A DNA stretch of 64,000 nt from an uncultured Candidatus Binatia bacterium (GTDB lineage: Bacteria; Desulfobacterota; Binatia; HRBIN30): NCBI GenBank assembly GCA_964534275.1, contig CAZHQG010000007.1, positions 27,202 to 91,201 of the forward strand, in the 5' to 3' direction. The notes below the pieces were generated by a model. It searched no databases. It was not told where the DNA came from and saw only the letters and a program-made list of their open reading frames with translations. Shown here piece after piece: positions 28,170 through 42,428 of this stretch. How positions within the stretch are numbered: position 1 is the first letter of the stretch; each line of letters opens with the position of its first letter. The translations under genes were made by a program, and so were the position numbers.

Positions 28170-31100
28170 GTGGAGCGTTCGGAATCGGTCGCTGGTGACT
28201 CTAGTTGGCGTTGCGTTAGCAGGGTTCGGGGTTTGGAGCGCCTACACATTGCGGCTGGATGCAATTCCGGACCTCTCCGACGTTCAGGTGATCGTGGTCA
28301 CCGAGTATCCGGGCCAAAATCCAACAGTCGTCGACGACCAAGTGACCTACCCACTTGCCACTGCAATGCTCTCCGTCCCTGGGTCGACCGATGTACGCGG
28401 AATCAGCATGTTCGGCTGGTCGTTCGTCTACGTGCTGTTCGAGGATGGCACGGATTTGTACTGGGCGCGCAGCCGCGTGCTCGAGTACCTGAACTACGCG
28501 CGCGATCGCTTGCCAGCCGGCGTGGAGCCTAAACTGGGTCCGGACGCCACGGGCGTCGGCTGGGTACTGCAGTACGTTTTGTTCCCCGGCTGGTATTGCA
28601 GCAAGTACCCGCGCGGGATTTGGCAGGATCCCGAGGAAGACCGATGGTACGCCACGATGGAAGCAGCCGCGGCAGAACGGCGGTCGCACCTCAAGCGAGT
28701 GCGGGGATTCGAGTACCCGGGAACTTGCCCTGTGGACGGCACGCCGCTGGTTGCCGCGGAGCAAGATCTCGCGAGTTTGCGTAGCCTCCAAGACTGGTTC
28801 CTTCGCTACCCGCTAGCTGCCGTGGAGGGAGTGGCGGAGGTCGCCTCGCTTGGCGGATTCGTACGCCAAGTACAAGTGGTGCTCGATCCGCACGTGTTGC
28901 ACGCGTACGGAGTATCGCTGGACGATGTGATCCGCGCCGTGGAGCGGTCGAACAACGACGTAGGCGGCGCGGTCGTCGAACGCGCGGAGCACGAGTACAT
29001 GGTGCGCAGCCGCGGCTATGTGCGCCTGGATCGCCTCGAAGACTTGGGCAGTGCGGTTGTCGGGATGGGGAAGAACGGCGCGCCCGTGCTGCTTTCCCAG
29101 GTTGCCACCATCGAGGTCGCTGGAGCCATGCGTCGGGGTGTGGGCGAATACAACGGCCGCGGCGAAGTTGCTGGCGGCATCGTGGTCGCCCGGTTTGGCG
29201 AAAACGCGTACAAAGTGATCCGCGACGTGAAGCAGCGCCTCGCCGAGCTGGAGGAAGGACTCCCGCCTGGCGTGCTGCTGATCGTTACGTACGACCGTTC
29301 CGCACTGATCGAGCGCGCAGTGAATACCTTGCGCAAGGCCTTGATCGAAGAGCTCGCCGTCGTGGTGGTGGTGTGCGGCTTGTTCCTACTGCATGTCCGG
29401 AGCGCGCTTGTGGTGGTTCTCGTACTGCCGCTTGGTTTGTTGGTGTCGCTTGGGGTGATGAACATCCTCGGAATCAACGCCAACATCATGAGCCTGGGCG
29501 GACTAGCATTGGCGATCGGGGTCATGGTCGACTCGGCCATTGTCATGGTGGAAAACGCCCACCGCCATTTGCACGCGGAATCGGAGCGCGCTGCCCGTGG
29601 TGGGTCGGTCCGAGCACGAGCCGACGTGATTTTGGAAGCGGCGGTCGAGGTCGGTCCGAGTTTGTTTTTCTCCCTTCTGATTATCACGCTTTCGTTCTTG
29701 CCGATTTTTGTGTTGGGGGAGCAATCGGGCCGACTGTTCAAGCCTCTCGCGTACACGAAAACGTTTGCCATGGCTGCCGGCGCACTGCTTGGGATTACGC
29801 TCGTGCCTGTGTTGATGGTGTGGTTCGTTCGCGGGCGCGTGCGTCCGGAGGACCGGAATCCGTTCAACCGGGCCCTCGTGCGCCTGTACGAACCCGCGTT
29901 TTGGGCGGCGTTGCGCTGGCCGTGGTTGACCATCACGATCGTGATCTTCGTTGGCGCTTCGGCGCTGTACCCCTGGAGTCAACTGGGCGAGGAGTTCATG
30001 CCGGCGCTCGACGAAGGAGATCTGCTCTACATGCCCACGACGGACCCCAGCATTAGCGTGACCAAGAGCCGAGAACTGTTGCAGCAAAGCGACAAACTGC
30101 TGGCGCTGTTTCCAGAGGTCAAAACGGTTCACGGGAAGATCGGACGTGCAGAAACGGCGACCGACCCGGCACCTCTGTCCATGATCGAAACCGTGGTGCA
30201 ATTGCATACCGACTCCGCACACTGGCGTCAGCGCCCGGTCGAACGTTTTTACCATGATTGGCCGCAGTGGCTCCGGTGGCCATTCGCCGCCACGTTCTGG
30301 CCTGATCAGCGGCAGATCACAACGGAAGAACTCAAGCTGGGTTGGACAGATCCGGACGGGACACGGCATCCTGGCTTGAATGATGTGGTGCATTTCCCGG
30401 GCGTAGCCAATGCGTGGCCGTATCCGATCGAGAATCGAATCAATATGCTGACCACGGGAGTAAAAACGCCGGTCGGGGTGAAGATCTTGGGGCCGGACTT
30501 GGCAGTGTTGAACGAACTTGCCGAACGCACTGCCGTTGTATTGCAGCAAAAAGTTCCCGGCACGCTGAGCGCGTATCCCGAGCGGGCAGTGGGTGGGTAC
30601 TACTTGGACATCGACGTTCAGCGCGAAGAGGCTGCTCGTTACGGGCTCACAGTGGGAGACGTGCAGGACGCGATCCAGACCGCGGTGGGTGGCCGGGAAG
30701 TTACGACGATTGTTCACGGACTGGAGCGGTACCCAGTAACGGTGCGCTACGCGCGGGAGCTGCGCGACGATCCGGAGCTGTTGCGGCAAATTTTGGTGCG
30801 TTCCCCGCGGGGCGAAGCTGTTCCCCTTGGTCAGATCGTGAACTTTGCCGTGCGGCCTGGTCCAGCGATGATTCGGAGCGAGAACGCCCAGCGCACAGCT
30901 TGGGTTTATGTGGACATCGCGGAGCGAGATCTCGGCGGGTACGTGCGCGAAGCCAAGCGGGTCGTGGCCGACGAAATCCCACTGCCGCCGGGATATACGC
31001 GGGTGTGGTCGGGGCGGTTCGAGTACCTCGAAAAGGCCAACCAGCGCTTGCTGGTAGTGGTCCCCCTGACGCTCTTGTTGGTGGTGCTGCTTCTATACCT

Positions 31101-31569
31101 GGCAAACCAAAGTTGGTTCCGCGTCGCCGTCGTGCTGCTGGCCGTGCCTTTCAGCTTGGTCGGCGCGTTTTGGTTTCTATGGCTCTTGGATTACAACATG
31201 AGCCTGGCGGTGTGGGTGGGTATTATCGCGTTGTTGGGCATCGATGCGGAAACCGGACAAATCATGCTCCTGTATTTGGAAAACAGCTACCGAGCACGGG
31301 TCGCGGCCGGAACCTTGCGCACTCGAGCTGATTTGCTCGATGCAATCCACGCCGGAGCGGTGCGGCGCATTCGGCCGAAGTTCATGACGGTCGCCACAGA
31401 TTTGCTAGCCCTGCTGCCCCTTCTTTGGGCAACGGGAACCGGTGCCGAGGTGACTCGCCGAATTGTTGCCCCGCTCGTTGGAGGCATCGGAGTGAGCTTT
31501 GTGATGGAATTGTTGGTATACCCCGTCGTGTTTTTCCTTGCCCGCGGCTGGCGGCTGCCCGCGAAGTGA
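28150..31569 (+). CDS. cusA: CusA-type heavy-metal RND permease
   Basis: [39 protein letters not shown]; Met triad equivalents [22 protein letters not shown]; RIRPKFMT. Confidence 0.95.
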   Translation: MVRTVIEWSVRNRSLVTLVGVALAGFGVWSAYTLRLDAIPDLSDVQVIVVTEYPGQNPTVVDDQVTYPLATAMLSVPGSTDVRGISMFGWSFVYVLFEDGTDLYWARSRVLEYLNYARDRLPAGVEPKLGPDATGVGWVLQYVLFPGWYCSKYPRGIWQDPEEDRWYATMEAAAAERRSHLKRVRGFEYPGTCPVDGTPLVAAEQDLASLRSLQDWFLRYPLAAVEGVAEVASLGGFVRQVQVVLDPHVLHAYGVSLDDVIRAVERSNNDVGGAVVERAEHEYMVRSRGYVRLDRLEDLGSAVVGMGKNGAPVLLSQVATIEVAGAMRRGVGEYNGRGEVAGGIVVARFGENAYKVIRDVKQRLAELEEGLPPGVLLIVTYDRSALIERAVNTLRKALIEELAVVVVVCGLFLLHVRSALVVVLVLPLGLLVSLGVMNILGINANIMSLGGLALAIGVMVDSAIVMVENAHRHLHAESERAARGGSVRARADVILEAAVEVGPSLFFSLLIITLSFLPIFVLGEQSGRLFKPLAYTKTFAMAAGALLGITLVPVLMVWFVRGRVRPEDRNPFNRALVRLYEPAFWAALRWPWLTITIVIFVGASALYPWSQLGEEFMPALDEGDLLYMPTTDPSISVTKSRELLQQSDKLLALFPEVKTVHGKIGRAETATDPAPLSMIETVVQLHTDSAHWRQRPVERFYHDWPQWLRWPFAATFWPDQRQITTEELKLGWTDPDGTRHPGLNDVVHFPGVANAWPYPIENRINMLTTGVKTPVGVKILGPDLAVLNELAERTAVVLQQKVPGTLSAYPERAVGGYYLDIDVQREEAARYGLTVGDVQDAIQTAVGGREVTTIVHGLERYPVTVRYARELRDDPELLRQILVRSPRGEAVPLGQIVNFAVRPGPAMIRSENAQRTAWVYVDIAERDLGGYVREAKRVVADEIPLPPGYTRVWSGRFEYLEKANQRLLVVVPLTLLLVVLLLYLANQSWFRVAVVLLAVPFSLVGAFWFLWLLDYNMSLAVWVGIIALLGIDAETGQIMLLYLENSYRARVAAGTLRTRADLLDAIHAGAVRRIRPKFMTVATDLLALLPLLWATGTGAEVTRRIVAPLVGGIGVSFVMELLVYPVVFFLARGWRLPAK

Positions 31570-34046
31570 TGCCGTGCGCGAACGGGATCCACAGGATGGC
31601 AGTCATGAGAGAACCGACGCATGAATTTGCCCACTGGCACGGGACCGACCCTGTGTGTGGGATGAAAGTAGATCCTGCCGCGCCTCGCGGCGGCAGCTTC
31701 GAGTGGCAGGGCGTTTCCTTCGGATTCTGCAACCCGCGTTGCCGCGAGCGCTTTGCTGCTCGCCCGGAGGCGTACTTGTATGCAACCGACCCCGTGTGCG
31801 GGATGCGCGTCCTCCGGGGTGCAGCGCCGGGTGGAAGTGTACGCCGCAACGGCACCGAATTTTGGTTTTGTAGCGAGCATTGCCGGCGCCAGTTCGAGGC
31901 AAGAAGCGAGGAGGAACCGGCCAACAAGGAAGCAGGGGAGTACACCTGTCCGATGCACCCGGAAGTGCGGCAGATTGGGCCCGGGATTTGTCCGCTCTGC
32001 GGGATGGCGTTGGAGCCCGTTTCCGGAAGCTGGGACGAAGAAGATCCAGAGCTGGCAGACATGCAGCGGCGCTTTGTGTTTGGCGCTGTCCTGACCGTTC
32101 CGCTGTTGGTGTTGGCGATGGGGCCGATGTGGTTTCGTGGTTCGTGGCAGCCGTTGTTGCCGCACGCCGTGCAACCGTGGTTGGAGTTCGCCTTGGCGAC
32201 GCCAGTCGTGTGGTACGCAGGATGGCCTTTTTTCGAGCGAGCCTGGCTCTCGGTGTCGAGCCGGTCGCCGAACATGTTTACGTTGATCGGACTCGGTGTA
32301 GCCACAGCGTGGACGTACAGTGCCGTGGTCACAGTTGCGCCCCAGTTGGTGCCCTCCGGCCTTGCCGCACATGGCCCCCACGTGCCGGTGTACTTCGAGG
32401 CGGCCGCAGGGATCGTGGTACTGGTCCTGCTTGGACAAGTTCTCGAGTTGCGTGCACGACGTCGCACCGGAGCAGCCATTCGGGAACTGCTGGCACTCGT
32501 ACCGCCTACAGCGATCCGCGTGGCTCCGGATGGTTCGGAGACCGAAGTACCTCTCGGGATGGTGCGTCCTGGTGATGTTTTACGCGTGCGGCCGGGAGCA
32601 AAGATTCCCGTGGACGGTGTGGTGATCGAGGGATCCACGACAGTGGACGAATCGATGCTCACCGGAGAACCCCTGCCAGTGGAAAAAACTCGAGGCTCTC
32701 GTGTCACCGGTGGCACCCTGAACGGCAAGGGCAGTATCTTGATGCGGGTCGAGCGCGTTGGCGAAGATACGGTGCTCGCGCACATCGTGCGGCTGGTGCA
32801 ACAAGCGCAGCGCACACGCGCACCAATTCAGCGATTGGCCGACCGTGTGTCCGCGGTGTTCGTCCTTGCCGTGCTGGTGGTTGCCGCGGTCACGTTCGTG
32901 GTGTGGCTTTTTGTCGGCCCGGAGCCGCAACTGGCGCACGCGCTGGTGAGTTCTGTTGCAGTGCTGATCATTGCCTGCCCGTGCGCCCTCGGGCTGGCCA
33001 CTCCGATGTCGATCATGGTTGCCACGGGTCGGGGGGCACGCGCTGGGATCTTGGTGAAAAACGCGGAGGCGTTGGAACTGCTCGAAAAGGTCGATGTGCT
33101 GCTGATCGATAAAACCGGAACCCTCACGGAGGGGAAACCGCGGGTGGTTGCGATCCGGTTACGCGGGCAGGAAACAGAGGAGCGAGTCTTGCGGTATGCT
33201 GCCAGTGTGGAGCGAGCCAGCGAGCATCCGCTGGCTCAGGCGGTCGTGCAGGCTGCGGAAGAGCGCACCCTCGCGCTTTGCCCCGTACGGAATGTACAGG
33301 CGGATCCGGGCGGCGGCGTGCGTGGCGAGGTAGAAAATGTACTCGTGACCCTGGGCTCGCCTGCGTATCTGGAGCGTTTGGGCATCGACTCCAAGTGGGC
33401 CAACGCCGAGGTGCAGGCACTGCAAGACGACGGTGCCACCGTCGTAGCCGTGGCGTTTGGGGACCAGGTTGTTGCGGTCCTGGGCGTGGTCGACCCACTG
33501 CGGACCTCGGCGGCTGAAGCCGTTCGCAGCCTCCGCGAGGAGGGTGTCAGGGTCGTGATGCTCACGGGCGACCAGGAGCGGGTCGCAGCAGCAGTCGCTC
33601 GGCGCGTCGGGATCGAAGAATTTGTGGCTGGCGTGTCCCCGGCGGAAAAGGCCGCTTGGGTCCAGCGGTACCGCAACGCTGGACACGTGGTAGCCATGGC
33701 TGGAGACGGTATCAATGATGCGCCCGCGCTGGCGCAAGCCGATGTGGGCATTGCGCTCGCGTCGGGAACGGACATCGCGCTCGAAACCGCAAGCATTGCG
33801 TTGCTCCGGGGAGACTTGCTGGGCGTGTTGCGGGCGCGACGGCTCAGCCGCGCCGCCATGCGCAACATTCGGGAGAACTTATTTCTTGCTTTCGTGTACA
33901 ACGCGGCTGCGGTGCCGATCGCGGCTGGCGTGTTGTACCCGTTTACTGGCTTGCTGCTGAACCCAATGATTGCGGCGGCAACGATGAGTTTCAGCTCCGT
34001 GTCCGTGATTGCGAATGCGCTTCGGCTCTACCGCGTGAAGCTCTGA
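31569..34046 (+). CDS. copA: Cu(I)-type P1B ATPase with two YHS domains and an HMBD
   Basis: TDPVCGM twice, [58 protein letters not shown]; start overlaps the cusA stop (TGATG). Confidence 0.95.
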   Translation: MPCANGIHRMAVMREPTHEFAHWHGTDPVCGMKVDPAAPRGGSFEWQGVSFGFCNPRCRERFAARPEAYLYATDPVCGMRVLRGAAPGGSVRRNGTEFWFCSEHCRRQFEARSEEEPANKEAGEYTCPMHPEVRQIGPGICPLCGMALEPVSGSWDEEDPELADMQRRFVFGAVLTVPLLVLAMGPMWFRGSWQPLLPHAVQPWLEFALATPVVWYAGWPFFERAWLSVSSRSPNMFTLIGLGVATAWTYSAVVTVAPQLVPSGLAAHGPHVPVYFEAAAGIVVLVLLGQVLELRARRRTGAAIRELLALVPPTAIRVAPDGSETEVPLGMVRPGDVLRVRPGAKIPVDGVVIEGSTTVDESMLTGEPLPVEKTRGSRVTGGTLNGKGSILMRVERVGEDTVLAHIVRLVQQAQRTRAPIQRLADRVSAVFVLAVLVVAAVTFVVWLFVGPEPQLAHALVSSVAVLIIACPCALGLATPMSIMVATGRGARAGILVKNAEALELLEKVDVLLIDKTGTLTEGKPRVVAIRLRGQETEERVLRYAASVERASEHPLAQAVVQAAEERTLALCPVRNVQADPGGGVRGEVENVLVTLGSPAYLERLGIDSKWANAEVQALQDDGATVVAVAFGDQVVAVLGVVDPLRTSAAEAVRSLREEGVRVVMLTGDQERVAAAVARRVGIEEFVAGVSPAEKAAWVQRYRNAGHVVAMAGDGINDAPALAQADVGIALASGTDIALETASIALLRGDLLGVLRARRLSRAAMRNIRENLFLAFVYNAAAVPIAAGVLYPFTGLLLNPMIAAATMSFSSVSVIANALRLYRVKL

Positions 34047-34221
34047 GTCTCGAAGCGTAGGAAAAAACGGTTGGAGATCGCTTTTCGTCCGGCCTTCCGT
34101 TGTGGACGGCTCGCTTGCGGCATCGCTCGGGCTGCACGAGCACATGTGGTTCTGCGTCGTTACCCCCGGGGTGCGATGGGCTCGCGCGACGCCGCCGATG
34201 TTCGGTACGAACAGAAGTGCT

Positions 34222-35775
34222 TCAAGGCGCGGGAACGATCTTGAAGACTTCTCCGCCAAGGTCGGCAATGTAGAGTTCGCCCCGGGCATCCTCGCCGAAG
34301 GAGGCAACTTGGTCGATAGAGACGCCGCTGCTCTCGAGCTCCGCGGTACGGTCCTGGTGGTCCGTGGCAATTCCGCCGACCACGCGGAACGTCCGAACCC
34401 AGCCGGAGCAAAAGTCAGCGTAAAAGTACGTGCCTCTTAAATCGGGCATTTTGCAACCACGGTACACGTAGCCTCCGGTGACCGAACAGCCTTGGGAGTG
34501 GTCGTACTCGTGGATGGGTTGTGTAAGCCCGGCTTGATTACACGAGGATCCCGACGGGAAGCAGTGGCCGTTGCCCTCGACGATGTTCCAGCCGTAATTT
34601 TCGCCGCCGGAGGAGCTTGCGGGTTGAAAATTAATTTCCTCGTACCGGTTCTGCCCGACATCCGCGATGTACAAGTCTCCGGTGACCCGGTCGAAGCTGT
34701 ACCGCCACGGATTCCGTAACCCGAGAGCCCAGATTTCGTCTAGCGGCGGACTGCTACCCACGAATGGGTTCGTAGGGGGAATGCCGTAAGGTTGCGCCGC
34801 GTCGACATCGATGCGCAGCATCTTGCCTAACAAGCGGCTCGGGTTTTGGGCGTTTCCTTGCGGATCGCCACCGCTCCCACCGTCGCCAAGCCCGATGTAG
34901 AGGTAACCATCGGGCCCGAATGCAAGGTGGCCGCCGTTGTGGTTGCTGTAGGGCTGGGCCACTTGCAAGACGATGCGGGCGGACGAAGGATCGGCGACGT
35001 CAGGGTTTGCGGAAATTCTGTACTCCGCGATGACAGTGTCACCGGCTGTATTCGTGTAGTTGATGAAGAACCGTCCGTTGTCGACAAACTGCGGATGGAA
35101 GGCGAGACCCAGCAGCCCCTGCTCGCTGCCGTTGGAAACGAGAGTGGAGACGTCGAGAAACGGCGTGGGTAGCAACGCTCCCCAGCGAAACACGCGAATC
35201 CGCCCCGTTTTTTCCACAACGAAAATCCGGCTCACGTCACGCGGGGGCGCGGTGATGTACAAAGGCTGGCTGAGTCCACTGGCAATCCGTTCGGCGCGGA
35301 TTGCTGTACCGGACACCGGAACCACTCCCGCGCACACGTCATTGCAGGCACCACCTTCGATTTGGCAGGTTGGCGAGCAGTTATCGCCGCCAATCACGTT
35401 GCCGTCATCGCATTGTTCGCCAGGTTCGAGTACGCCGTTCCCGCAAGAAGCTCCGGTACACACGTGACCGAATCCGCTGCCAGCGAGCGAAGCATACGGG
35501 AGACCGGTGCTCAGCAAGGCTTGCCGCGCGGTGCACGTGAGGCTGGCCAAGGTTCCCGTCGGACAAAAGGCCTGTACCCGCTGCGCTCGTAAATTCGGGA
35601 TGCGATTGTTCGTCACGCAGCTTCGGCCTTGAGGGAGTTGCCGGACCAAACAGTTTCGCGCCGCTAGGACCACGGCGGCGACGTACTTCGCGGAAGCACT
35701 CGCGCAGGTCTCTACAGCCCGCGAAGCGACTGGAACAGCGAGGACGGCCAGCGCCGCCCATGGGAACGCCCGCAT
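34222..35775 (-). CDS. Secreted PQQ-dependent (glucose/sorbosone-type) dehydrogenase with Myxococcus Cys-rich repeat
   Basis: Signal peptide; CGNGVLEPGEQCDDGN..GDNCSPTC; EQGLLGLAFHP, NHNGGHLAFGPDGYLYIG.GDGG, GLRNPWR.SFD; RBS GGAGG. Confidence 0.88.
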   Translation of the reverse strand: MRAFPWAALAVLAVPVASRAVETCASASAKYVAAVVLAARNCLVRQLPQGRSCVTNNRIPNLRAQRVQAFCPTGTLASLTCTARQALLSTGLPYASLAGSGFGHVCTGASCGNGVLEPGEQCDDGNVIGGDNCSPTCQIEGGACNDVCAGVVPVSGTAIRAERIASGLSQPLYITAPPRDVSRIFVVEKTGRIRVFRWGALLPTPFLDVSTLVSNGSEQGLLGLAFHPQFVDNGRFFINYTNTAGDTVIAEYRISANPDVADPSSARIVLQVAQPYSNHNGGHLAFGPDGYLYIGLGDGGSGGDPQGNAQNPSRLLGKMLRIDVDAAQPYGIPPTNPFVGSSPPLDEIWALGLRNPWRYSFDRVTGDLYIADVGQNRYEEINFQPASSSGGENYGWNIVEGNGHCFPSGSSCNQAGLTQPIHEYDHSQGCSVTGGYVYRGCKMPDLRGTYFYADFCSGWVRTFRVVGGIATDHQDRTAELESSGVSIDQVASFGEDARGELYIADLGGEVFKIVPAP

Positions 35776-36474
35776 AAAACCTCCAACGGAAGAATTGCCG
35801 TCGAGTTTACCAGCGTTCACAGCCGGAACGAAGCAGACTTTCGTGTCGGTGGTTCGTCCCCCGGATTCCGCGGGAGTCCGCGCAAGGGTGTCGGGCCGCT
35901 GCGCTGTGGCTTTCCGTCGGAGCGCGACCTCGGCTGCGGCTGACCCTTGACCCGTCCGCCCGTGACTGCGGGACGAGCCTTGCTTGCCGCGCGACGTAAC
36001 CGGGTGGTCGGCACTCGGTGCGCCTTCGGATCGCAACAAAGCGACGACCCTGGACCTGTGCCCATCGCAGTGGCGACGCGCATGGTGGCCTCTATGTGGC
36101 CGAGACGCTGGTTCATGGGTGTTGAGTCGGCGCATGGCGGCGAGCCGTCACGACTGGGCGTTTCGCCGGCCAGCGGCTTCTACACGCGCCCTTCACGCAC
36201 GCGGTGCAAGGCGCACGTGGCCGTTGCAAACAGCGAGCTTGGAGGTTGTGCCTGAAACGAGAGTCGAACACCGACTCCCCGGTTTTGAGTCCTTCTTTAC
36301 GGTGACTGGCCCAAGGAAGCCGGGTCCGTTGCTGGCGCCTTGGGCAATGAGGTCGCAGCGCGAGATCTCAGCTTGCGGCAACAAGATTCGGGCAGCAGGG
36401 AGGGGGGTCTGTTGGCGGGCTCTCTTCTCGTGGCCTTGGGAGTCGGGCGCTCGCGCCGTTGTGGCCGACACGTT

Positions 36475-37701
36475 TCAGGTGCGGTATGCGGAGTTGAAAC
36501 GGACGTAGTCCTCGGTCAGGTCCGAGCAAATTCGGGTTGCTTGCGCCGCGCCCGCGCCAAGGTCGATGCTTAACGTGAACTCGGGCTGCGACACGATGGT
36601 GCTCGCCTCGGACTCGCACTCGCGCACGCGTTCGGTGCCTTTTTCCACGACCAGGAGGTCGTTCAGGTAAATCCGCAATCGGTCGGGATCGAACTCCGCT
36701 CCACTGTACCCGAGCGCACAAACCACGCGCCCCATGTACGGATCGCCTCCGTGAAACGCCGCCTTGCAAAGGGGCGAGCGCGCAACGGCGTCGGCAGCAG
36801 TCTCCGCATCACGTTTGGTACGGGCGCCGCGCACGTGGACAGTCACGACGCGAGTGGCGCCCTCGCCATCGCGCACGACCATCCGGGCAAGTTCCCCCAT
36901 GATCTCGGTACAGGCACGGGCGAAATCGGAGAAGGGCACAGACCGTTCACTGATGGGCGCCGTTTCGGCTTGGCCACTGGCCAGCAAAACTACGGTGTCG
37001 TTCGTGCTGGTGTCGCCGTCGACAACGATCGCGTTGAACGTTTCGGGCAAGGCACGCTGAAGCACGCGCCGCAGCGCCATGGGGGAGAGATGTGCGTCCG
37101 TGAGGATGAAAGAAAGCAAGGTGGCGTGCGGCACCAGCACACGCATGCGTGGCGCGATCATGCCGGCGCCTTTCGCCATGCCGGCAAGCGTCACCGGAGT
37201 CCCGGCCAGTTCGATCGTGCGGACGGCGAACTTCGGGAAAGCGTCGGTTGTCATGATGCCTGCGAGCGCATCGTAAAAACGGTCTGCGGATACTGTTCGA
37301 CAGGCCTCGCGAATACCATGCTCGAGTCGATCCATCGGCAGCGGAACGCCAATGCGGCCAGTCGAGCAGGGGAGCACTTGGCGAACCGGCACACCAAGTT
37401 CTCGCGCGGCGACTTCGCACATGCGCCGGGCATCGCGAAGGCCGGTCTTGCCAGTGAACGCGTTCGCGTTCCCGCTGTTGGTGACGATGGCGCGGATCCT
37501 CCCGTTTTGGACATGCGCGCGAGCAATTTGCACCGGTGCAGCGCACACGCGGTTGGTCGTGAATGCGGCAGCCGCGGTGGCTCCGCGTTCGGCAAACACG
37601 ATGGATACGTCTTGGTTGCCGCTTTCCTTAATGCCGCATGCTGCGCTGCCGAACTGAAAGCCAGGCACACGGACGGGTACGCGAGGCAGTTCGATCTTCA
37701 T
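36475..37701 (-). CDS. argJ: Ornithine acetyltransferase/N-acetylglutamate synthase ArgJ
   Basis: FTTNRVCAAPV, NSGNANA, CSTGRIG, IMTTD, KGAGMIAP..AT, DGDTSTNDTV, DGEGATR, DYVRFNSAYRT. Confidence 0.95.
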   Translation of the reverse strand: MKIELPRVPVRVPGFQFGSAACGIKESGNQDVSIVFAERGATAAAAFTTNRVCAAPVQIARAHVQNGRIRAIVTNSGNANAFTGKTGLRDARRMCEVAARELGVPVRQVLPCSTGRIGVPLPMDRLEHGIREACRTVSADRFYDALAGIMTTDAFPKFAVRTIELAGTPVTLAGMAKGAGMIAPRMRVLVPHATLLSFILTDAHLSPMALRRVLQRALPETFNAIVVDGDTSTNDTVVLLASGQAETAPISERSVPFSDFARACTEIMGELARMVVRDGEGATRVVTVHVRGARTKRDAETAADAVARSPLCKAAFHGGDPYMGRVVCALGYSGAEFDPDRLRIYLNDLLVVEKGTERVRECESEASTIVSQPEFTLSIDLGAGAAQATRICSDLTEDYVRFNSAYRT

Positions 37702-37788
37702 GGGATTGGTTCGTAGTTCACTGGCCAGAGACACGCGTGCCTGGCAAGGGGTGGGCAAGGCCTCCCATGGCAGGGCCGATCGAACGGC

Positions 37789-41421
<3,633 letters not shown>

Positions 41422-41606
41422 GGTTGTTGCGAGCCTCGCTCGTCTCACCTCTATGCGCCATGGCTACCGGCCGCAAGTTCTCGCCTGTGCGGCACGGGAA
41501 CCGGCGCTGCTGCGCGCGTCGGATTTTGCAAATGCCAGCGCAATTGGCATTGTTCCACGGTAGCAGCTCTCCCTCGCTCCTGCACCCGCTAGCAACGGTG
41601 GTCGTG

Positions 41607-42428
41607 CTAGCGCTCCAGTCGGACTGCCGATTCCACAGGTTGCCCGAGAAACAAGGAGCCTACCTTTATAAAGCGCTCGGGTGCGTCGGTGACGAAAAAG
41701 CTCAGGGTACCGCCGTTGTCCTTGCGCGCCAGCTTTTGCTGGCGGAGCAGCGCTCGTACGGCCTGAGCGGTGGTGCCGGCAGAGTCCACTAAAGTGACCG
41801 TAGGCCCGAGGACTTCGGCAATGACCCCGGCCAGCAATGGGTAGTGTGTGCAGCCAAGCACCAGGGTGTCGATCCCGCTGCGGCGCAAGCTTGCCAGGTA
41901 CCGCCGCGCGGCAGCTCGCGCCACGTCGTTTTCGGTCCACCCTTCCTCGGCCAGCGGGACGAACAACGGGCATGCACGCGTGTAAATCTCCAGGTCGGGG
42001 CGCAGTGCTTTCAGCGCGCGAGTGTAGGCGTTGCTGGCGATGGTCGCTTCGGTGCCGATCACTCCGACTTTGCCATTGCGGGTGGCTCGTACTGCTGCTT
42101 GTGCTCCCGGCTCGATCACCCCAATGACGGGCACGGGCAGTTGCTGTTCGAGCTCTGGTAGGGCCACGGCGGAAACGCTGTTGCACGCAACCACCAAACA
42201 CTTGATGCCTTTGTCGAGCAAAAACGCAGCATTTTCTTGGGCGTAACGGCAAATGGTCTCGGGAGACTTCGTGCCGTACGGGGTGCGTGCAGTATCCCCA
42301 AGGTACACGATGTCTTCGTGGGGCAGCAGCCGTGCCAGTGCACGGACCACGGTGAGGCCACCGATGCCGGAATCGAAGACCCCGATAGCCGCCGACGCGG
42401 GGGGTCGTGAGGCGCGTTGTTGCCTCAT
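41607..42428 (-). CDS. murI: Glutamate racemase
   Basis: IGVFDSGIGGLTV, YGTKS, VACNSVS, LVLGCTHYP. Confidence 0.96.
   Translation of the reverse strand: MRQQRASRPPASAAIGVFDSGIGGLTVVRALARLLPHEDIVYLGDTARTPYGTKSPETICRYAQENAAFLLDKGIKCLVVACNSVSAVALPELEQQLPVPVIGVIEPGAQAAVRATRNGKVGVIGTEATIASNAYTRALKALRPDLEIYTRACPLFVPLAEEGWTENDVARAAARRYLASLRRSGIDTLVLGCTHYPLLAGVIAEVLGPTVTLVDSAGTTAQAVRALLRQQKLARKDNGGTLSFFVTDAPERFIKVGSLFLGQPVESAVRLER

Noticed and set aside
26277-33901. Long minus-strand ORFs within the cus/cop cluster (e.g. 29503..30789, 31382..32815)
   Set aside because: Antisense shadows typical of GC-rich coding DNA; no motifs.
35900-35925. GACGGAAAGCC resembling part of a c-di-GMP-I riboswitch
   Set aside because: The upstream GGCAAA/GNRA P1 element and the downstream consensus are missing; kept only as an unclassified structured leader.
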